A stretch of 48,000 nucleotides of DNA, taken from positions 33,335 through 81,334 of the forward strand of contig JBCBWI010000008.1 of the NCBI GenBank assembly GCA_039817185.1, written 5' to 3'. Positions 36,852 to 47,746 of the stretch are shown piece by piece. Both the position numbers and the translations under genes were made by a program. Within the stretch, counting starts at the first letter, position 1, and each line of letters begins with the position of its first letter. A model generated the notes under the pieces. The model worked only from the letters and a program-made list of their open reading frames with translations. It did not search any database and was not told where the DNA came from. This DNA is from Cyanobacteria bacterium J06648_16. Its GTDB lineage: Bacteria > Cyanobacteriota > Cyanobacteriia > Phormidesmidales > Phormidesmidaceae.

Positions 36852-37646
36852 CTAAGCATCCGACACCGCCGGACCTTTGATCTCAAAATCAACCTTGCGG
36901 TAAGGCACCGACGCACCGATATTGATATTGGCAGTCGCCACACGGGGTGGCTGCACCGCCCGATTTCTCAGGCCACGAGCCATATCCATGTAAAGCGCCG
37001 GACTGCCCGCAGTAGGCTGCTGCTCCTGCGGGATGAAGCGCTTGACTTCGCTCTGCCAAACAATTTGAGGAAAGCCTAAGATAGAACGATAGTACTCATC
37101 GTAGCGAGGCGACTTGATGTTAGTCGGTCGCTCCCCTTCTTCACGACCGGGCAGCACCCGGCGACGCTGGAAGGGTACGACATCGTAGCCAAAGTTCTCC
37201 ATGTACTCTTCGCTATCGAGCAGCTCATCAATGAAGCCCTCAATCCCCTTGGTTCCAATCACAATGGACCAGGCAATTTTTTCACGCTCGCTGTAAGGGT
37301 CGCGACCCAGCGCTCGCTGAATGGTTTGCTCTACAAAACGATAGTTGTTATTCATTTTGTAGAAGCTGTTGCGGTAGGTCTCAGACAGCAGCAGACCCCG
37401 CACAAAGTCGCGCACGGTAATCTGACCATTGCGGAGCTGAGACTCCAGAAACGGCTCGCGATCAGACTTAAAGGCATAAAAGAAAAACTGGCGATAGGCA
37501 GCCTCAATCAGATTCTGCATCGCGTCTGAGTAAGGCGTCGTGGCCTCAGCCGAATAGATTGTCGGCTGGTCGTCGCCGGGCACCTCGTAGCCTTCAACGC
37601 GAGCGTTCTGGCTGCTGGGTCGGTAGTTTAACAAAGGAAGCGGCAC
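36852..37646 (-). CDS. cpcG: Phycobilisome rod-core linker polypeptide
   Basis: The N-terminus is [16 protein letters not shown]. The PBS-linker domain reads [11 protein letters not shown]...[27 protein letters not shown]. The gene has a GTG start. Confidence 0.85.
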   Translation of the reverse strand: MPLPLLNYRPSSQNARVEGYEVPGDDQPTIYSAEATTPYSDAMQNLIEAAYRQFFFYAFKSDREPFLESQLRNGQITVRDFVRGLLLSETYRNSFYKMNNNYRFVEQTIQRALGRDPYSEREKIAWSIVIGTKGIEGFIDELLDSEEYMENFGYDVVPFQRRRVLPGREEGERPTNIKSPRYDEYYRSILGFPQIVWQSEVKRFIPQEQQPTAGSPALYMDMARGLRNRAVQPPRVATANINIGASVPYRKVDFEIKGPAVSDA

Positions 37647-37779
37647 TGTGCGAGTCTCCAGATTCTTATGAAATCTTACAAACTTGTAAACTCAATCATA
37701 CGGGAGCGCCGGAGCCCTCCCTAGGGAGATGAGAAAAATATTACAGTCCTTAATATTGTGCCTGAGATATTGCGCCTGG

Positions 37780-38427
37780 CTAGCGCGTCTCCATCCTGGG
37801 CTGAGCCCGCTGCCAATCGGCAGGGGTGTTGCAGTTCATCGGGACTGGCTTCGCCAGCAACCACTCGGTGACAGTCTCACAGGCGAGCCAGGGTTGGAAT
37901 GCGGATATACCCTGGGCAATGATAGCGGGCAACCGCTGGCGCAGGTGGGACAAGCGGTAGAACCCATGGAGTGGCTCCCAGCCCTTGGCGGAGCGGGGAA
38001 GATAGGCAACGGTTTCGACGGATAGACTGCTGAGCTGCTGACGGCCTTGCACAAGCACGCTCCCCGACAGCCCCCACCAATCACAGGCGAGCAACAGGAG
38101 CCAGCCGTCAGCCGATGTTAGGCAGCCAAGCGCCTGGGAGAGCGCAACCAAGGGGCCGGGAGCGGTACCGGCTGCTCTGGGTTCAAAGTGTAGGGTAACG
38201 CCAGCGGGCACGTGAGCACGGTAGCGATCGGGCCAGGGCGTGAAGACATGCACGTCATGCGTACAGGCTAAAGCAGCAGTACAGGTCTGCCCTAGCAGGG
38301 TTTGTCCCGCGTAGGAGAGGAGTGCCTTATCTTGCCCCATCCGAGTGCTCAGACCGCCTGCCAGAATGAGTGCGGTACAGCGCAAGTCTGGCACAAGTGT
38401 GCCTAAGAGGGGCGACGGTCGGCCCAT
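37780..38427 (-). CDS. mobA: Molybdenum cofactor guanylyltransferase
   Basis: The N-terminal motif ALILAGGLSTRMGQDKALL. Confidence 0.78.
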   Translation of the reverse strand: MGRPSPLLGTLVPDLRCTALILAGGLSTRMGQDKALLSYAGQTLLGQTCTAALACTHDVHVFTPWPDRYRAHVPAGVTLHFEPRAAGTAPGPLVALSQALGCLTSADGWLLLLACDWWGLSGSVLVQGRQQLSSLSVETVAYLPRSAKGWEPLHGFYRLSHLRQRLPAIIAQGISAFQPWLACETVTEWLLAKPVPMNCNTPADWQRAQPRMETR

Positions 38428-39083
38428 AGCTTGCCCTTAAAAAAGTAGATCAAACTCATCAGCCCGATTAGGACAATATAAACCAGACGAATGAGCCAGC
38501 CCACGGTATTAAACAAGGTGTTGAACAGGCCCGAGTCTACGCCACTGACGGCTGAGAGCTGATCCTGTAAGGCCGCCATATCTTCGGTTGATAGGGTGGT
38601 GAGGTTATTAAACTGCACGGGGGGTTGGGGCGTTGTGGCCGTATAGCGATAGTAGGCCCATGCTCCCGATTCTCCCACCTCGCGCCGCAGGAAAGCATCG
38701 GTCATTTCCTGTGCCTGTACCGGCGAGACCCCGGCTTCAAGACTGACCTGACGAACCCATAACGTCTGTCGGGTGACGTAGCCTGCGGCCATGATCAACG
38801 GCAGGGTGACGACCAGCAAAGCCAGCTTGCTAACTAAGGGCCAGGCTACGGGCAGATAGACCGTCAGCGCGCCCAAACTAACGGCCAACAGCGCTGCCAA
38901 GATTACGGTGGTGACTTCAACCAGCTCTAGACTGGCAAATAGCCCGCCTACCAATGGCAGCGCGTAAAGGTAGGTCTCAACAGCCCAGGTTGCAATAACT
39001 TTGAGACCAATCGTTGCCAAACAGAGGGTCAGGCCAATCAGAAAGTAGAGGACGATTCGGTAATTTTTGGGGTGCGATCGCAT
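38403..39083 (-). CDS. Hypothetical multi-pass membrane protein
   Basis: At least five hydrophobic helices. No family motif recognised. Confidence 0.45.
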   Translation of the reverse strand: MRSHPKNYRIVLYFLIGLTLCLATIGLKVIATWAVETYLYALPLVGGLFASLELVEVTTVILAALLAVSLGALTVYLPVAWPLVSKLALLVVTLPLIMAAGYVTRQTLWVRQVSLEAGVSPVQAQEMTDAFLRREVGESGAWAYYRYTATTPQPPVQFNNLTTLSTEDMAALQDQLSAVSGVDSGLFNTLFNTVGWLIRLVYIVLIGLMSLIYFFKGKLWADRRPS

Positions 39084-39371
39084 GAACTCAGGCAGCTCGA
39101 CTCAGTCGACACAGGGCTAACAGCACTCAACCATCCGCTCTGGCAATCAATATCGAAACCAGATATCCGTAGATAGTCCCTACAAGCAGTGCTTTACAGG
39201 TAGTCTGCGCCAATCCTCACCGGAATACAGCAAAAAGTCAAAACATTATGGGGGACCGTCAGCCACCCGTACGCGCTATCAGCTGAGAGCAAGTCACGAC
39301 AAAGGTCGATTGAGGAATTCAGAAATATTTAGTACATTTGAACCATACAATCCAGTCATGGAGATAAGAGT

Positions 39372-39965
39372 ATGAGTGTGGAGCAAACCACGCAGCTGAT
39401 TGCCCTAATTTTTAACTCAGCGCTGATGGTGCTGCTAACTGGGCTACTTTGGGCCTGGGCCTGGTATCGTCAGACGCAGCTAACAGCTCAGCTTCAGCAG
39501 GTTCAGCGATCTCAGCAAATTTTATTTGTCAATGCCAAGCCCGATCGAGAACATCGCCTGCAGCAGCTGCGACAGCGGCGCTACCGGCTGCGCCGACAGT
39601 TGCGGTTGGCCTACGGGAGTATGCTGATACTGCACTACACGCTGGCAGCCCTCCTATTGAGCGTGTTCCTGCTGGCCCTGCGCATGCTGATATTCGCCAA
39701 TGGGCTGATCATGGCTGCATTGCTGCTGTTTGTAGTTGGCGCCGCCGCAACGCTGACGAGTACGCTGCTGCTGCTGGTAGACATTCATCATGCCCCCGTT
39801 CTGGGCCAGTCGCTAGGGACACTGATAAGTCAGACAACCACCCAGCTACTAGGACAGCTGCATCGACCTCGGCCAACCGGGGGACAGCCGGTGTCGATGT
39901 TGAAAGTGCCTACGAATGCCGCACTGCCACCGCTGTCCGTCCCCAAAACTGGAACTGACACGTAA
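39372..39965 (+). CDS. Hypothetical membrane protein (DUF2721-like pattern)
   Basis: A TM helix is followed by a Q/R-rich amphipathic stretch (LQQLRQRRYRLRRQLRL) and two further TM helices. It is preferred over the alternative-frame ORF 39449..39958. Confidence 0.45.
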   Translation: MSVEQTTQLIALIFNSALMVLLTGLLWAWAWYRQTQLTAQLQQVQRSQQILFVNAKPDREHRLQQLRQRRYRLRRQLRLAYGSMLILHYTLAALLLSVFLLALRMLIFANGLIMAALLLFVVGAAATLTSTLLLLVDIHHAPVLGQSLGTLISQTTTQLLGQLHRPRPTGGQPVSMLKVPTNAALPPLSVPKTGTDT

Positions 39966-40005
39966 GACAAATAGAAGACAAATAGAAGACACACACACCA
40001 ATGAA

Positions 40006-40041
40006 CTCCTCAGCGGTGCAGCATGACGGACCGCTAAGGAG
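40006..40041. terminator. Imperfect hairpin between the convergent membrane-protein gene and dxs
   Basis: ctcctcagcgg-N14-ccgctaaggag has 11-bp arms with one mismatch. There is no U-tract. Confidence 0.3.
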
Positions 40042-40055
40042 CTGATCGGGATTGG

Positions 40056-41975
40056 CTAACCCAGTTCGGCCAGGGCCGGTTCGTTCTGCCCTAGCTTGAA
40101 CCGCTGCAGGATGCGGTCAGCCATCTGAGACGGCGTTAACCCCAGTGCAACCTTTGCCTGGTCGGGCTTCGCGTGATCGACCAGCACGTCCGGCACCCCC
40201 AGACGTAGCAGCCGGGCCATGACATCGTGGTCGGCCAGGAGTTCTGCGATCGCACTGCCAAAGCCCCCCATCAAACACCCTTCTTCCAGGGTGACGACCT
40301 TACCAATTTGCTCGGCCAGCGGCAGAATCAGGTCTCGGTCCAACGGCTTGACGAATCGGGCATTGACAACAGTTGCGCTGATGCCATGCTCACTGAGAAT
40401 TTCAGCCGTCTGTAGTGCTGGCTGGACCATAGTGCCGTAGCCCAACAGCAGCAGGTCGTCACCCTGTCGCAGCAGCTCGCCCTTGCCAATCGGGACGGGC
40501 TCCCAGCCCTCCTCCATCAGGGGCACACCGTAGCCGCTGCCACGGGGGTAACGGACAGCAATGGGACCACTCGTGTGATTGATGCCGGTAACCACCATGC
40601 GCTGCAGCTCGGCCTCGTCCTTAGGCGCCATGACGACGATGTTAGGAATCGAGCGCAGGTAGGCAATGTCATAGAGTCCTTGGTGGGTAGGGCCATCGGC
40701 ACCGACAATGCCCGCCCGATCCAAACAGAAGAAAACGGGCAAGTTCTGAATGCAGACATCATGGACGATCTGGTCGTAGGCCCGCTGCAGGAAGGTGGAA
40801 TAAATCGTCGCCACTGGGCGCATGCCCTCGCAGGCCATGCCTGCTGCCAGCGTCACAGCATGCTGTTCGGCAATGCCCACATCGATGTACTGCTCAGGCA
40901 GTTTGGCCTGCAGCTTGTCGAGGCACGTCCCGGTCGCCATCGCTGCGGTAATGCCCACAATTTTTGAATTGTTCTCCGCCAGCTTGATCAGCGTCTCGGC
41001 AAAGACCTTGGAGTACTTTGGCGGTGTCGGCTTCTTCGGCGGGCGGCCCTTGCCCGTTTTCAGATCGAACGGCGACTGGGCGTGATAGCCCACCTGATCT
41101 TCCTCTGCGATCGCATATCCCTTCCCCTTCACCGTCACTGCGTGGACGAGAACCGGCCCCGGTATTTTATGGGCTTCTTTGAAGGTATGAATCAGTTCGG
41201 CTAGGTTATGCCCATCGACCGGCCCCATATAGGTAAAGCCCAGCTCTTCAAAGACTGCGCCCACCTTGGGCACGGCCAATCGCTTCATGCCCTCCTTGAC
41301 TCGAGTAAATTCGGGCGAGAGTGACTCGCCAACGAAGGGTAAATGCTTGACCTGTTCCTCAATATTGTCCGAGAGAAACTGCATCGGCGGGCTGAGGCGA
41401 ATCTTGTTGAGGTAGCGGGGAATCGCGCCGACGTTAGGCGAAATCGACATCTCGTTGTCGTTGAGGACCACAACTAGATTGGTGTTGGGCAGGTGTCCCG
41501 CATGGTTAATCGCCTCTAGCGCCATGCCACCCGTCAGCGCACCGTCACCAATAATGGCGGCCACCTTGTAGGTATCACCGCTGAGGTCGCGGGCAATGGC
41601 CATCCCTAACGCGGCCGAAATACTGGTTGAAGCGTGTCCAGCCCCGAAGTGATCAAAGGGGCTTTCACAGCGCTTTAGATACCCAGCCACACCGTCTTTT
41701 TGGCGCAGGCTGTGAAAATCGTCGTAGCGACCGGTAATCAGCTTGTGGGGATACGCCTGATGACCCACATCCCAAACGACCTTGTCGCGGTCTAAATCTA
41801 ATGTCTGGTAGAGCCCTAGGGTCAGCTCAACCACGCCCAGTCCGGGTCCGAGGTGGCCGCCGCTAGTGGCGACCGTTTCGAGGTGCTTCTCTCGAATTTC
41901 GCGAGCGATTTGCTCTAATTGGGAGATAGACAGGCCATGCAACTGGTTTGGGTGAGTGATGTCACTCAGATGCAT
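40056..41975 (-). CDS. dxs: 1-deoxy-D-xylulose-5-phosphate synthase
   Basis: Full-length, 639 aa, with [14 protein letters not shown], the TPP motif [16 protein letters not shown]-like segment, and the [11 protein letters not shown] and [15 protein letters not shown] motifs. Confidence 0.95.
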   Translation of the reverse strand: MHLSDITHPNQLHGLSISQLEQIAREIREKHLETVATSGGHLGPGLGVVELTLGLYQTLDLDRDKVVWDVGHQAYPHKLITGRYDDFHSLRQKDGVAGYLKRCESPFDHFGAGHASTSISAALGMAIARDLSGDTYKVAAIIGDGALTGGMALEAINHAGHLPNTNLVVVLNDNEMSISPNVGAIPRYLNKIRLSPPMQFLSDNIEEQVKHLPFVGESLSPEFTRVKEGMKRLAVPKVGAVFEELGFTYMGPVDGHNLAELIHTFKEAHKIPGPVLVHAVTVKGKGYAIAEEDQVGYHAQSPFDLKTGKGRPPKKPTPPKYSKVFAETLIKLAENNSKIVGITAAMATGTCLDKLQAKLPEQYIDVGIAEQHAVTLAAGMACEGMRPVATIYSTFLQRAYDQIVHDVCIQNLPVFFCLDRAGIVGADGPTHQGLYDIAYLRSIPNIVVMAPKDEAELQRMVVTGINHTSGPIAVRYPRGSGYGVPLMEEGWEPVPIGKGELLRQGDDLLLLGYGTMVQPALQTAEILSEHGISATVVNARFVKPLDRDLILPLAEQIGKVVTLEEGCLMGGFGSAIAELLADHDVMARLLRLGVPDVLVDHAKPDQAKVALGLTPSQMADRILQRFKLGQNEPALAELG

Positions 41976-42223
41976 ATTGATACCCTCGTATTGTCTGTTT
42001 GATGTGAGCGGGATTAAATCGGATGGAATTAAATCACGATCACCCCTTAACTGTAGATTAGATGGGGGGCACCCGTGGAAACTCTAACGGGAATGTGTCG
42101 AATCGTCAGACTTTACCCGACCCATTTAACCTGACCATAGACGCAATCCGAGCTTCTGCACACTGACTGGCAGGTCCGCCATCCCATAGAATTATCAGAA
42201 CCCTTTGCAGATTTTTACCGCCA

Positions 42224-42730
42224 GTGACTATGACTCCTCTCCATCGCGGCCTGTGGCGACGTGCCTGCCTGTTTCCATTTTCAGCCCTGTCTTTGGCCGC
42301 TTTGGCTATTCAGCCCAGCGTAGCGGCAGATGACGAGTTTTTTGACTGTACCGCTGACCTTTTAGCAGAGGGCATTTCGAGCCCTGCCGCGACAGCTGCC
42401 TGTGCGTCGTCTCGCTATCCGGGACAGCTGAGCAACTGTGCAGTCGATGTAGCAGACGTTACCGGCATTGCCGCTGCCGATGCGCTGAACGTCTGCGAAC
42501 GCTCCCGCCGCCCCGACGAAGTCGCTAACTGCACAATCAATATTCATGACAGTTTGCTGCTGGATGCCTCCCTCGCCGCCCATACCTTCTGTGGTCGCAG
42601 CCTGCTACCGGAGCGCTACGGCGTTTGCGTAGTGGATTTGGTGGATGCGGCTGATCTGTCGGTAGACGATTCGCTGACGCGCTGCATCCGCGCCGGGTAT
42701 CGCCCTTGGGAAGTGGGGCCCCGCCTGTAG
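42224..42730 (+). CDS. Secreted hypothetical protein built from four Cys-pair repeats
   Basis: A signal peptide ends in SVAADD. Four units of about 31-33 aa follow, each with two Cys (for example CAVDVADVTGIAAADALNVCERSRRPDEVAN). Confidence 0.5.
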   Translation: MTMTPLHRGLWRRACLFPFSALSLAALAIQPSVAADDEFFDCTADLLAEGISSPAATAACASSRYPGQLSNCAVDVADVTGIAAADALNVCERSRRPDEVANCTINIHDSLLLDASLAAHTFCGRSLLPERYGVCVVDLVDAADLSVDDSLTRCIRAGYRPWEVGPRL

Positions 42731-42782
42731 CGCTCCCCGCCTGTAGCACTGGCCTTGTGCCCCTGCTTTACCCCTTTTTTGC

Positions 42783-43955
42783 CTACTTCGACGCTCGGGT
42801 CACAAGGAAAATACCGGCAACTAGTCCGATCAACGGCGGCAGCCAGGCCGCAACAACGGGGCTGATCGTCCCCACTTTGCCCATAGCGTCGGTGACAAAC
42901 CCCAGCAGGTAATAGCCAAAAATAATCACGATGCTGACGCCAAAGCTGGTGGCGCGGCTAGTGCGCTGGGGACGAATACCCAGCGCAGAGCCAACGATAC
43001 CGAACACAACGCAAACAATCGGGATGGCGTACTTTTGCTGAATGCGCAACTCCCAGGTCCGAATCTTACGGTCGTCACCACCCTGGCGGATAATCTTGAG
43101 GTAGCGAGTCGCCTCAGCAATGTTCATTTCGGTATCGCTCTTATTCCGCGAGGCCAGGTCAAGCGGGGCACGGGGGAGCTGTAGTTCCTGCTCATCAAAC
43201 TTGACAATCTGGCCAAACGAGCCATCCGGGGAGACCGCATAGATCGTTCCCGCAGAAAAGCGCCAGACGTTTTCTCTGAAGTTCCAAACAGCGGAGTCGG
43301 CGCTGACGATCTGGGCCAGCCCATCCTGGGAAAAGTCTAGAATCGTCAAATCCTGCATGGCTTCACCGTCGAATCGACGGGCATAGAACAGGCGACCCAG
43401 TTCTTCCCCTTCGCCATCGCTGGCAGGCTGAAACTCCTGGTACATGATGTTGCGCTCTTGAAACGGCGGGCGCTCGTCGTTCAGCGCAGTTTCGAGCATG
43501 ATCGCGGCCTGATAGTTGGCCGCCGGGGTAATCACCTCGTTAAAGACAAACGTTAGCCCCGTGACGAAAATGCTCAGGACCACCGCCGGGGCAATAATCC
43601 GCCGTACGCTGATGCCGCAGGCCCGCAGCGCAATCAGCTCACTGTCACCCGAAAACCGACTGAAGGTCATCATCGTGGCCAACAGCGTAGACATGGGAAA
43701 GGCGAGCACGATGAACTCGGGCATCCGCAGCAGAAAGATCTGGGTCGCCAGAGAAATCTGCAACCCCGATTCAGTGACACGGCGAATCAGCTCAAACAGC
43801 GCCCCAATGGACACACCAATGGAAGAAAACGCGCCTACCCCAAATAGGAACGGTAGCGTCAGCTCCCGCGCAATGTAGCGGTCCATGATCGAAATGGGCC
43901 ACCAGCTGTCTCCAGCTGGGAAATCAGGTTGGGTCGGTTGTGCGTCCATATCCAT
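42783..43955 (-). CDS. LptF/LptG-family LPS export permease (YjgP/YjgQ)
   Basis: The N-terminus is IMDRYIARELTLPFLFGVGAF. The topology is TM helices, a periplasmic beta-rich insert, then more TM helices. Confidence 0.8.
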   Translation of the reverse strand: MDMDAQPTQPDFPAGDSWWPISIMDRYIARELTLPFLFGVGAFSSIGVSIGALFELIRRVTESGLQISLATQIFLLRMPEFIVLAFPMSTLLATMMTFSRFSGDSELIALRACGISVRRIIAPAVVLSIFVTGLTFVFNEVITPAANYQAAIMLETALNDERPPFQERNIMYQEFQPASDGEGEELGRLFYARRFDGEAMQDLTILDFSQDGLAQIVSADSAVWNFRENVWRFSAGTIYAVSPDGSFGQIVKFDEQELQLPRAPLDLASRNKSDTEMNIAEATRYLKIIRQGGDDRKIRTWELRIQQKYAIPIVCVVFGIVGSALGIRPQRTSRATSFGVSIVIIFGYYLLGFVTDAMGKVGTISPVVAAWLPPLIGLVAGIFLVTRASK

Positions 43956-44025
43956 AGCTCATTGGATGGGGCTGCTAGTTGGATGGGGCTGCTAGCGGCA
44001 CAGCATGCTGTGCCCGTACAGAGGG

Positions 44026-44817
44026 CTAGCGCTTGAAGCCTTCGCCCAGGTAATGCTGCCGCACCAGCGGATTATCGTAAAGTTCTTCGGCGTTGCCGTA
44101 GGCCAGTATTTGCCCGTTGCTCATGATATAGGCCCGGTCAATGATGCTCAGGGTCTCACGGACGTTATGATCAGTTATCAGAATGCCCATATTGCGATCG
44201 CGCAGTTCGCCGACAATGTGCTGAATCTCAGCGACGGCAATCGGGTCAACCCCGGCAAAGGGCTCGTCTAGAAACAGGAACCGAGGGCCATCGACCCCAG
44301 CGGCTAGCGCCCGGGCCAGCTCGGTCCGGCGTCGCTCCCCCCCCGATACCTGAATACCCAGGGTATTGGCCACCTGTTCGAGGCGAAACTCTTTCAGTAA
44401 CGACTGCAGACGCTTGTCCTGCTCAAGGCGCGACACGTTGGTTTGCTGCATCACCAGGCGAATATTGTCACGTACGGTGAGATGCCGAAAAATGCTCGCT
44501 TCCTGGGCCAGATAGCCAATGCCCAAACGGGCCCGCTCGTGCATGGGCAGATGGGTGATGTCAATATCATTGAGACAGACCCGGCCCATATCTGGCTTTT
44601 CTAAGCCCGTAGCCATGTAAAACGTGGTAGTTTTGCCCGCCCCGTTCGGACCCAGCAGACCGACGATTTCGCCCTGGGCAACCGAAAGGCTCACGCCCTT
44701 AACAATCTGGCGCTTACCGTAGCTTTTTTGAACGCTTTCTACGACCAGTTTCAACGGCGTTGTCCGCGGCAGTAACGACGGTGCTGGCGGCTCAAATTTT
44801 ACCAGAGGGCGTTGCAT
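44026..44817 (-). CDS. lptB: LPS export ABC transporter ATP-binding protein
   Basis: Walker A GPNGAGKTTTFYM, signature LSGGERRRTELARAL and Walker B FLFLDEPFAGVDP. The start is set at the ATG at 44815-44817 to avoid overlap with the upstream lptA-like gene. Confidence 0.88.
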   Translation of the reverse strand: MQRPLVKFEPPAPSLLPRTTPLKLVVESVQKSYGKRQIVKGVSLSVAQGEIVGLLGPNGAGKTTTFYMATGLEKPDMGRVCLNDIDITHLPMHERARLGIGYLAQEASIFRHLTVRDNIRLVMQQTNVSRLEQDKRLQSLLKEFRLEQVANTLGIQVSGGERRRTELARALAAGVDGPRFLFLDEPFAGVDPIAVAEIQHIVGELRDRNMGILITDHNVRETLSIIDRAYIMSNGQILAYGNAEELYDNPLVRQHYLGEGFKR

Positions 44818-44851
44818 CAATGTTCTATATTTTCGAATAAGCAGGGAGGGG

Positions 44852-45391
44852 CTATTCGACGGGTAGATTGGGCAGCTCAGCGGGGATGGGGGCAGTCTCC
44901 GGTAGCGGCGGCAGGGGCTCCGGTTCGCTGGCTGTTTCGGGCGCAGCTTCCGCTTCGGGCAGGATGTAGACAGATTCGACCTGGCGGTCATTTCCGGGCG
45001 TTGCGACGAACCGCTCTTCGTCAATCAAATAGGTGGCGGTCTCGGCTCGCAGCGTGTTGCCCTCCTGCTGAATGAAAACGTTCCCCGTCAGGACAATCCG
45101 ACGCTCCCGGCTGTAGTACTGGGCCTGGGCAGCCGTTGCTGATATTTCGCGAGCCGGATAATCAATCCGGACGTTGCCACGGGCGGTGACGATACCAGTT
45201 CCGGCGTTGGCTTCTTGCACGTCGGCCCGCAAGGTAATGGCATTGCCTGACTGGGCCATCCCCGGACGACCGGCCACTGATAATAATATGCCCAGAAATA
45301 GGCCTGGAAAAAGAATAGACAGGCCTAACCGCGACCGGCGGACACGGGTCAGCGTCCGCACTAATGCCCCTCTAAATGACCCTACATCCAT
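44852..45391 (-). CDS. LptA/OstA-like periplasmic protein with a Pro/Glu-rich tail
   Basis: A signal-anchor is followed by a repetitive beta pattern ITLRADVQEANAGTGIVTARGNVRIDY...IVLTGNVFIQQEGNTLRAETATY. The gene is adjacent to lptB. Confidence 0.6.
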   Translation of the reverse strand: MDVGSFRGALVRTLTRVRRSRLGLSILFPGLFLGILLSVAGRPGMAQSGNAITLRADVQEANAGTGIVTARGNVRIDYPAREISATAAQAQYYSRERRIVLTGNVFIQQEGNTLRAETATYLIDEERFVATPGNDRQVESVYILPEAEAAPETASEPEPLPPLPETAPIPAELPNLPVE

Positions 45392-45560
45392 TTCTGCTCT
45401 AGCTCTTTTGTATATGTCAGAACACTCTCCAGCCTAACTTGCGGCAACCGCTTTAGCGGTTCCGGTAGCCGGTTCGTTGATTGGTTTGGCGTCAATTTGT
45501 GTGAAAACTTCATCAGCGGATGGGAACGAAGGGCGTGCGATCGCACTCTAACAAACCAGC

Positions 45561-45995
45561 TCAGCCTGCAGCACGACTGATATTAGGGACACTCAGCGAC
45601 GCGATTGACTGGTTCCCTGAGGGGCTGCCCGGATCTAGCTGCTGGGCAATTTCGGCAACTCGCTCGGGCCCGGTTTGCTGTAGAGCCGTCAGCCAGTCGG
45701 TACTCTGATCAACCAGATCGGCCACGTCAACCTGTCCATAGTTCGGTTCGAAGGGGCACAGCCGACTGCTGCCTTCTCCGAGCAAGATGGCCGCTCCTCG
45801 CCAATTGCGATTGCGTAGATGATAAAACCCTACCGAAATCTGCAAAATTCCTTGATAGAAGGGTTTATCAACCGCAGGGGCCTCTATCCACAGCGCTTCT
45901 AGCGTGTCGTGGCAATCGTAATAATCGCCCCGGTTGAACTGGGCTAAGCCTTGCCAGAATTCGTCTGGCAGCGATAATTCGTCCGCTGAGACCAT
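45561..45995 (-). CDS. DUF309-domain protein
   Basis: FNRGDYYDCHDTLEALW...QGILQISVGFYH is the pattern I associate with DUF309. Confidence 0.65.
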   Translation of the reverse strand: MVSADELSLPDEFWQGLAQFNRGDYYDCHDTLEALWIEAPAVDKPFYQGILQISVGFYHLRNRNWRGAAILLGEGSSRLCPFEPNYGQVDVADLVDQSTDWLTALQQTGPERVAEIAQQLDPGSPSGNQSIASLSVPNISRAAG

Positions 45996-46204
45996 TGCAA
46001 GAAAGTGAGTTGACGTTAGAAATTAAAAAACTTGTTGCATTTTTCGAAATTCCGGGAAAAGTGCAGACTGTACGGTCCCGTTCTAATCAAGGAATCAGGA
46101 CCGCCAACGGTGGGGACCAGCGCTTGGACCGGCTCATCTTTGTAAACAAACCTTAATAGAGGTGATATTCTCCCACTGTGGATGTGTTGTTTGGAGTGTC
46201 AAGT

Positions 46205-47620
46205 ATGATAGCTGCCCCTTTTCGTATTCAAACCTCGCCCGGTACCGGCTGGCAACCACTCGCGCTGCCCACGACGCCGCTGTTTGGCACCGACGGTATC
46301 CGCAGTCAGGCAGGCGAGCTGCTAACCGCACCGTTGGCCCTGCAGGTCGGCTTTTGTGCCGCCCAGGTGCTCGGACACGATGGCCCGGTGGTCATCGGCC
46401 AAGATTCTAGAAATTCCAGCAGTATGATTGCCGCGGCCCTCTCTGCCGGACTCAGCTCCGCCGGGGTCGATGTCTGGGATATGGGGCTGTGCCCTACGGC
46501 AGCGGTGGCGCACCTGGCCGGACTACCTGAGACGACCGGCGGCATCATGATTTCTGCCAGTCACAACCCACCTGCCGACAACGGCATCAAGTTTTTTGGC
46601 CCGGATGGCACCAAGCTTTCTAAGGCCCAGCAGCAGCAAATAGAGGCAAGCCTGCGCGAAGGGCGATTTAGCGGCGGCACGACCCATAACCAGTGGGGGC
46701 GCAATTACTTCCGCCCGGAGTTGGTCAATCGCTACGTCAGCTTCTTGCACCAGCCCTTCCAGCCTCACCCTGACCTCAGCGGCATGAAGATTATTCTCGA
46801 CCTGGCCTGGGGCGCAGCCACACGGGTGGCGAAAGCAGTCTTTGAGGCCACCGGAGCTGACGTCACCATCATCAACGGCCTGCCGGATGGCGATCTGATC
46901 AATGTAGCCTGCGGTTCGACGCATCTGGACTGTCTAAAAACAGCCGTGCGTCAGCACCAGGCAGACATTGGCTTTGCCTTTGATGGCGATGCTGACCGGG
47001 TCATAGCCGTAGACAGCCATGGACGCGTGGTGGACGGCGACTACATCCTGTACTTCTGGGGCCAGACGCTGAAGCAGCGGGGACAGCTGCCTCATGACAC
47101 CATTGTTTCTACCGTCATGGCTAACCTGGGCTTCGAGCGCGCCTGGGAAAAGCTGGGCGGTCAGCTAGTGCGCACTAAAGTCGGCGACCAGCACGTCCAC
47201 GCCGAAATGGTCCAGCGGGGAGCCATGCTGGGCGGTGAACAGTCGGGCCACATCCTTTGTCATCACTACAGTCTGACGGGCGATGGCATTCTCACAGCGC
47301 TGCACCTAGCAGACCTGATCAAGCGGGCCGAGTGCTGCCTGCCTGACCTGATCGACCAAAGCTTTGAACCCTATCCGCAGCGGCTTAAGAATGTGCGCGT
47401 CGAAGACCGGGAGCGTCGCCGTAACTGGCAGGCTTGCGATGCGCTACAGCAGACGATTAGCCAAGCGGAGCGGGCGATGGGCAATCAGGGTCGGGTGCTC
47501 GTCCGGGCGTCGGGCACTGAGCCTGTCATTCGCGTCATGGTTGAGGCCGCTGACGCCGACCTGATGAATCACTGGACGGATTCCTTGGCGGAGGTAGTTG
47601 CTCGCCATCTCGCGGTCTAA
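46205..47620 (+). CDS. glmM: Phosphoglucosamine mutase
   Basis: LFGTDGIRS, the active-site [22 protein letters not shown] and GGEQSGH. The ATG at 46205 is preferred over the upstream GTG at 46178. Confidence 0.9.
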   Translation: MIAAPFRIQTSPGTGWQPLALPTTPLFGTDGIRSQAGELLTAPLALQVGFCAAQVLGHDGPVVIGQDSRNSSSMIAAALSAGLSSAGVDVWDMGLCPTAAVAHLAGLPETTGGIMISASHNPPADNGIKFFGPDGTKLSKAQQQQIEASLREGRFSGGTTHNQWGRNYFRPELVNRYVSFLHQPFQPHPDLSGMKIILDLAWGAATRVAKAVFEATGADVTIINGLPDGDLINVACGSTHLDCLKTAVRQHQADIGFAFDGDADRVIAVDSHGRVVDGDYILYFWGQTLKQRGQLPHDTIVSTVMANLGFERAWEKLGGQLVRTKVGDQHVHAEMVQRGAMLGGEQSGHILCHHYSLTGDGILTALHLADLIKRAECCLPDLIDQSFEPYPQRLKNVRVEDRERRRNWQACDALQQTISQAERAMGNQGRVLVRASGTEPVIRVMVEAADADLMNHWTDSLAEVVARHLAV

Positions 47621-47669
47621 TCTCGGTCGGAACCGCTCTCAAAAACCCCGTTTAGACTATTAAACCAAT

Positions 47670-47709
47670 CCCCCCTTGCTCCGTTTGTCAGGCAGTGGGG
47701 GGTATTTTT
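47670..47709 (+). terminator. Candidate rho-independent terminator after glmM
   Basis: cccccc-N21-gggggg followed by tattttt. The loop is long, so confidence is moderate. Confidence 0.45.
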
Positions 47710-47746
47710 GTGGAAGGTCTTCACAACATTTGAACCTTTATCCACC

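Noticed and set aside
39449-39958. A 169-aa ORF overlapping 39372..39965 in another frame
   Set aside because: It has Ala/Arg/Pro-rich off-frame composition. The 197-aa frame has clear TM helices and an ATG start.
44818-45024. N-terminal extension of 69 aa on LptB
   Set aside because: The extension is Pro/Ser/Arg-rich and overlaps the 3' end of the upstream lptA-like gene. The internal ATG at 44817 gives a normal-length LptB.
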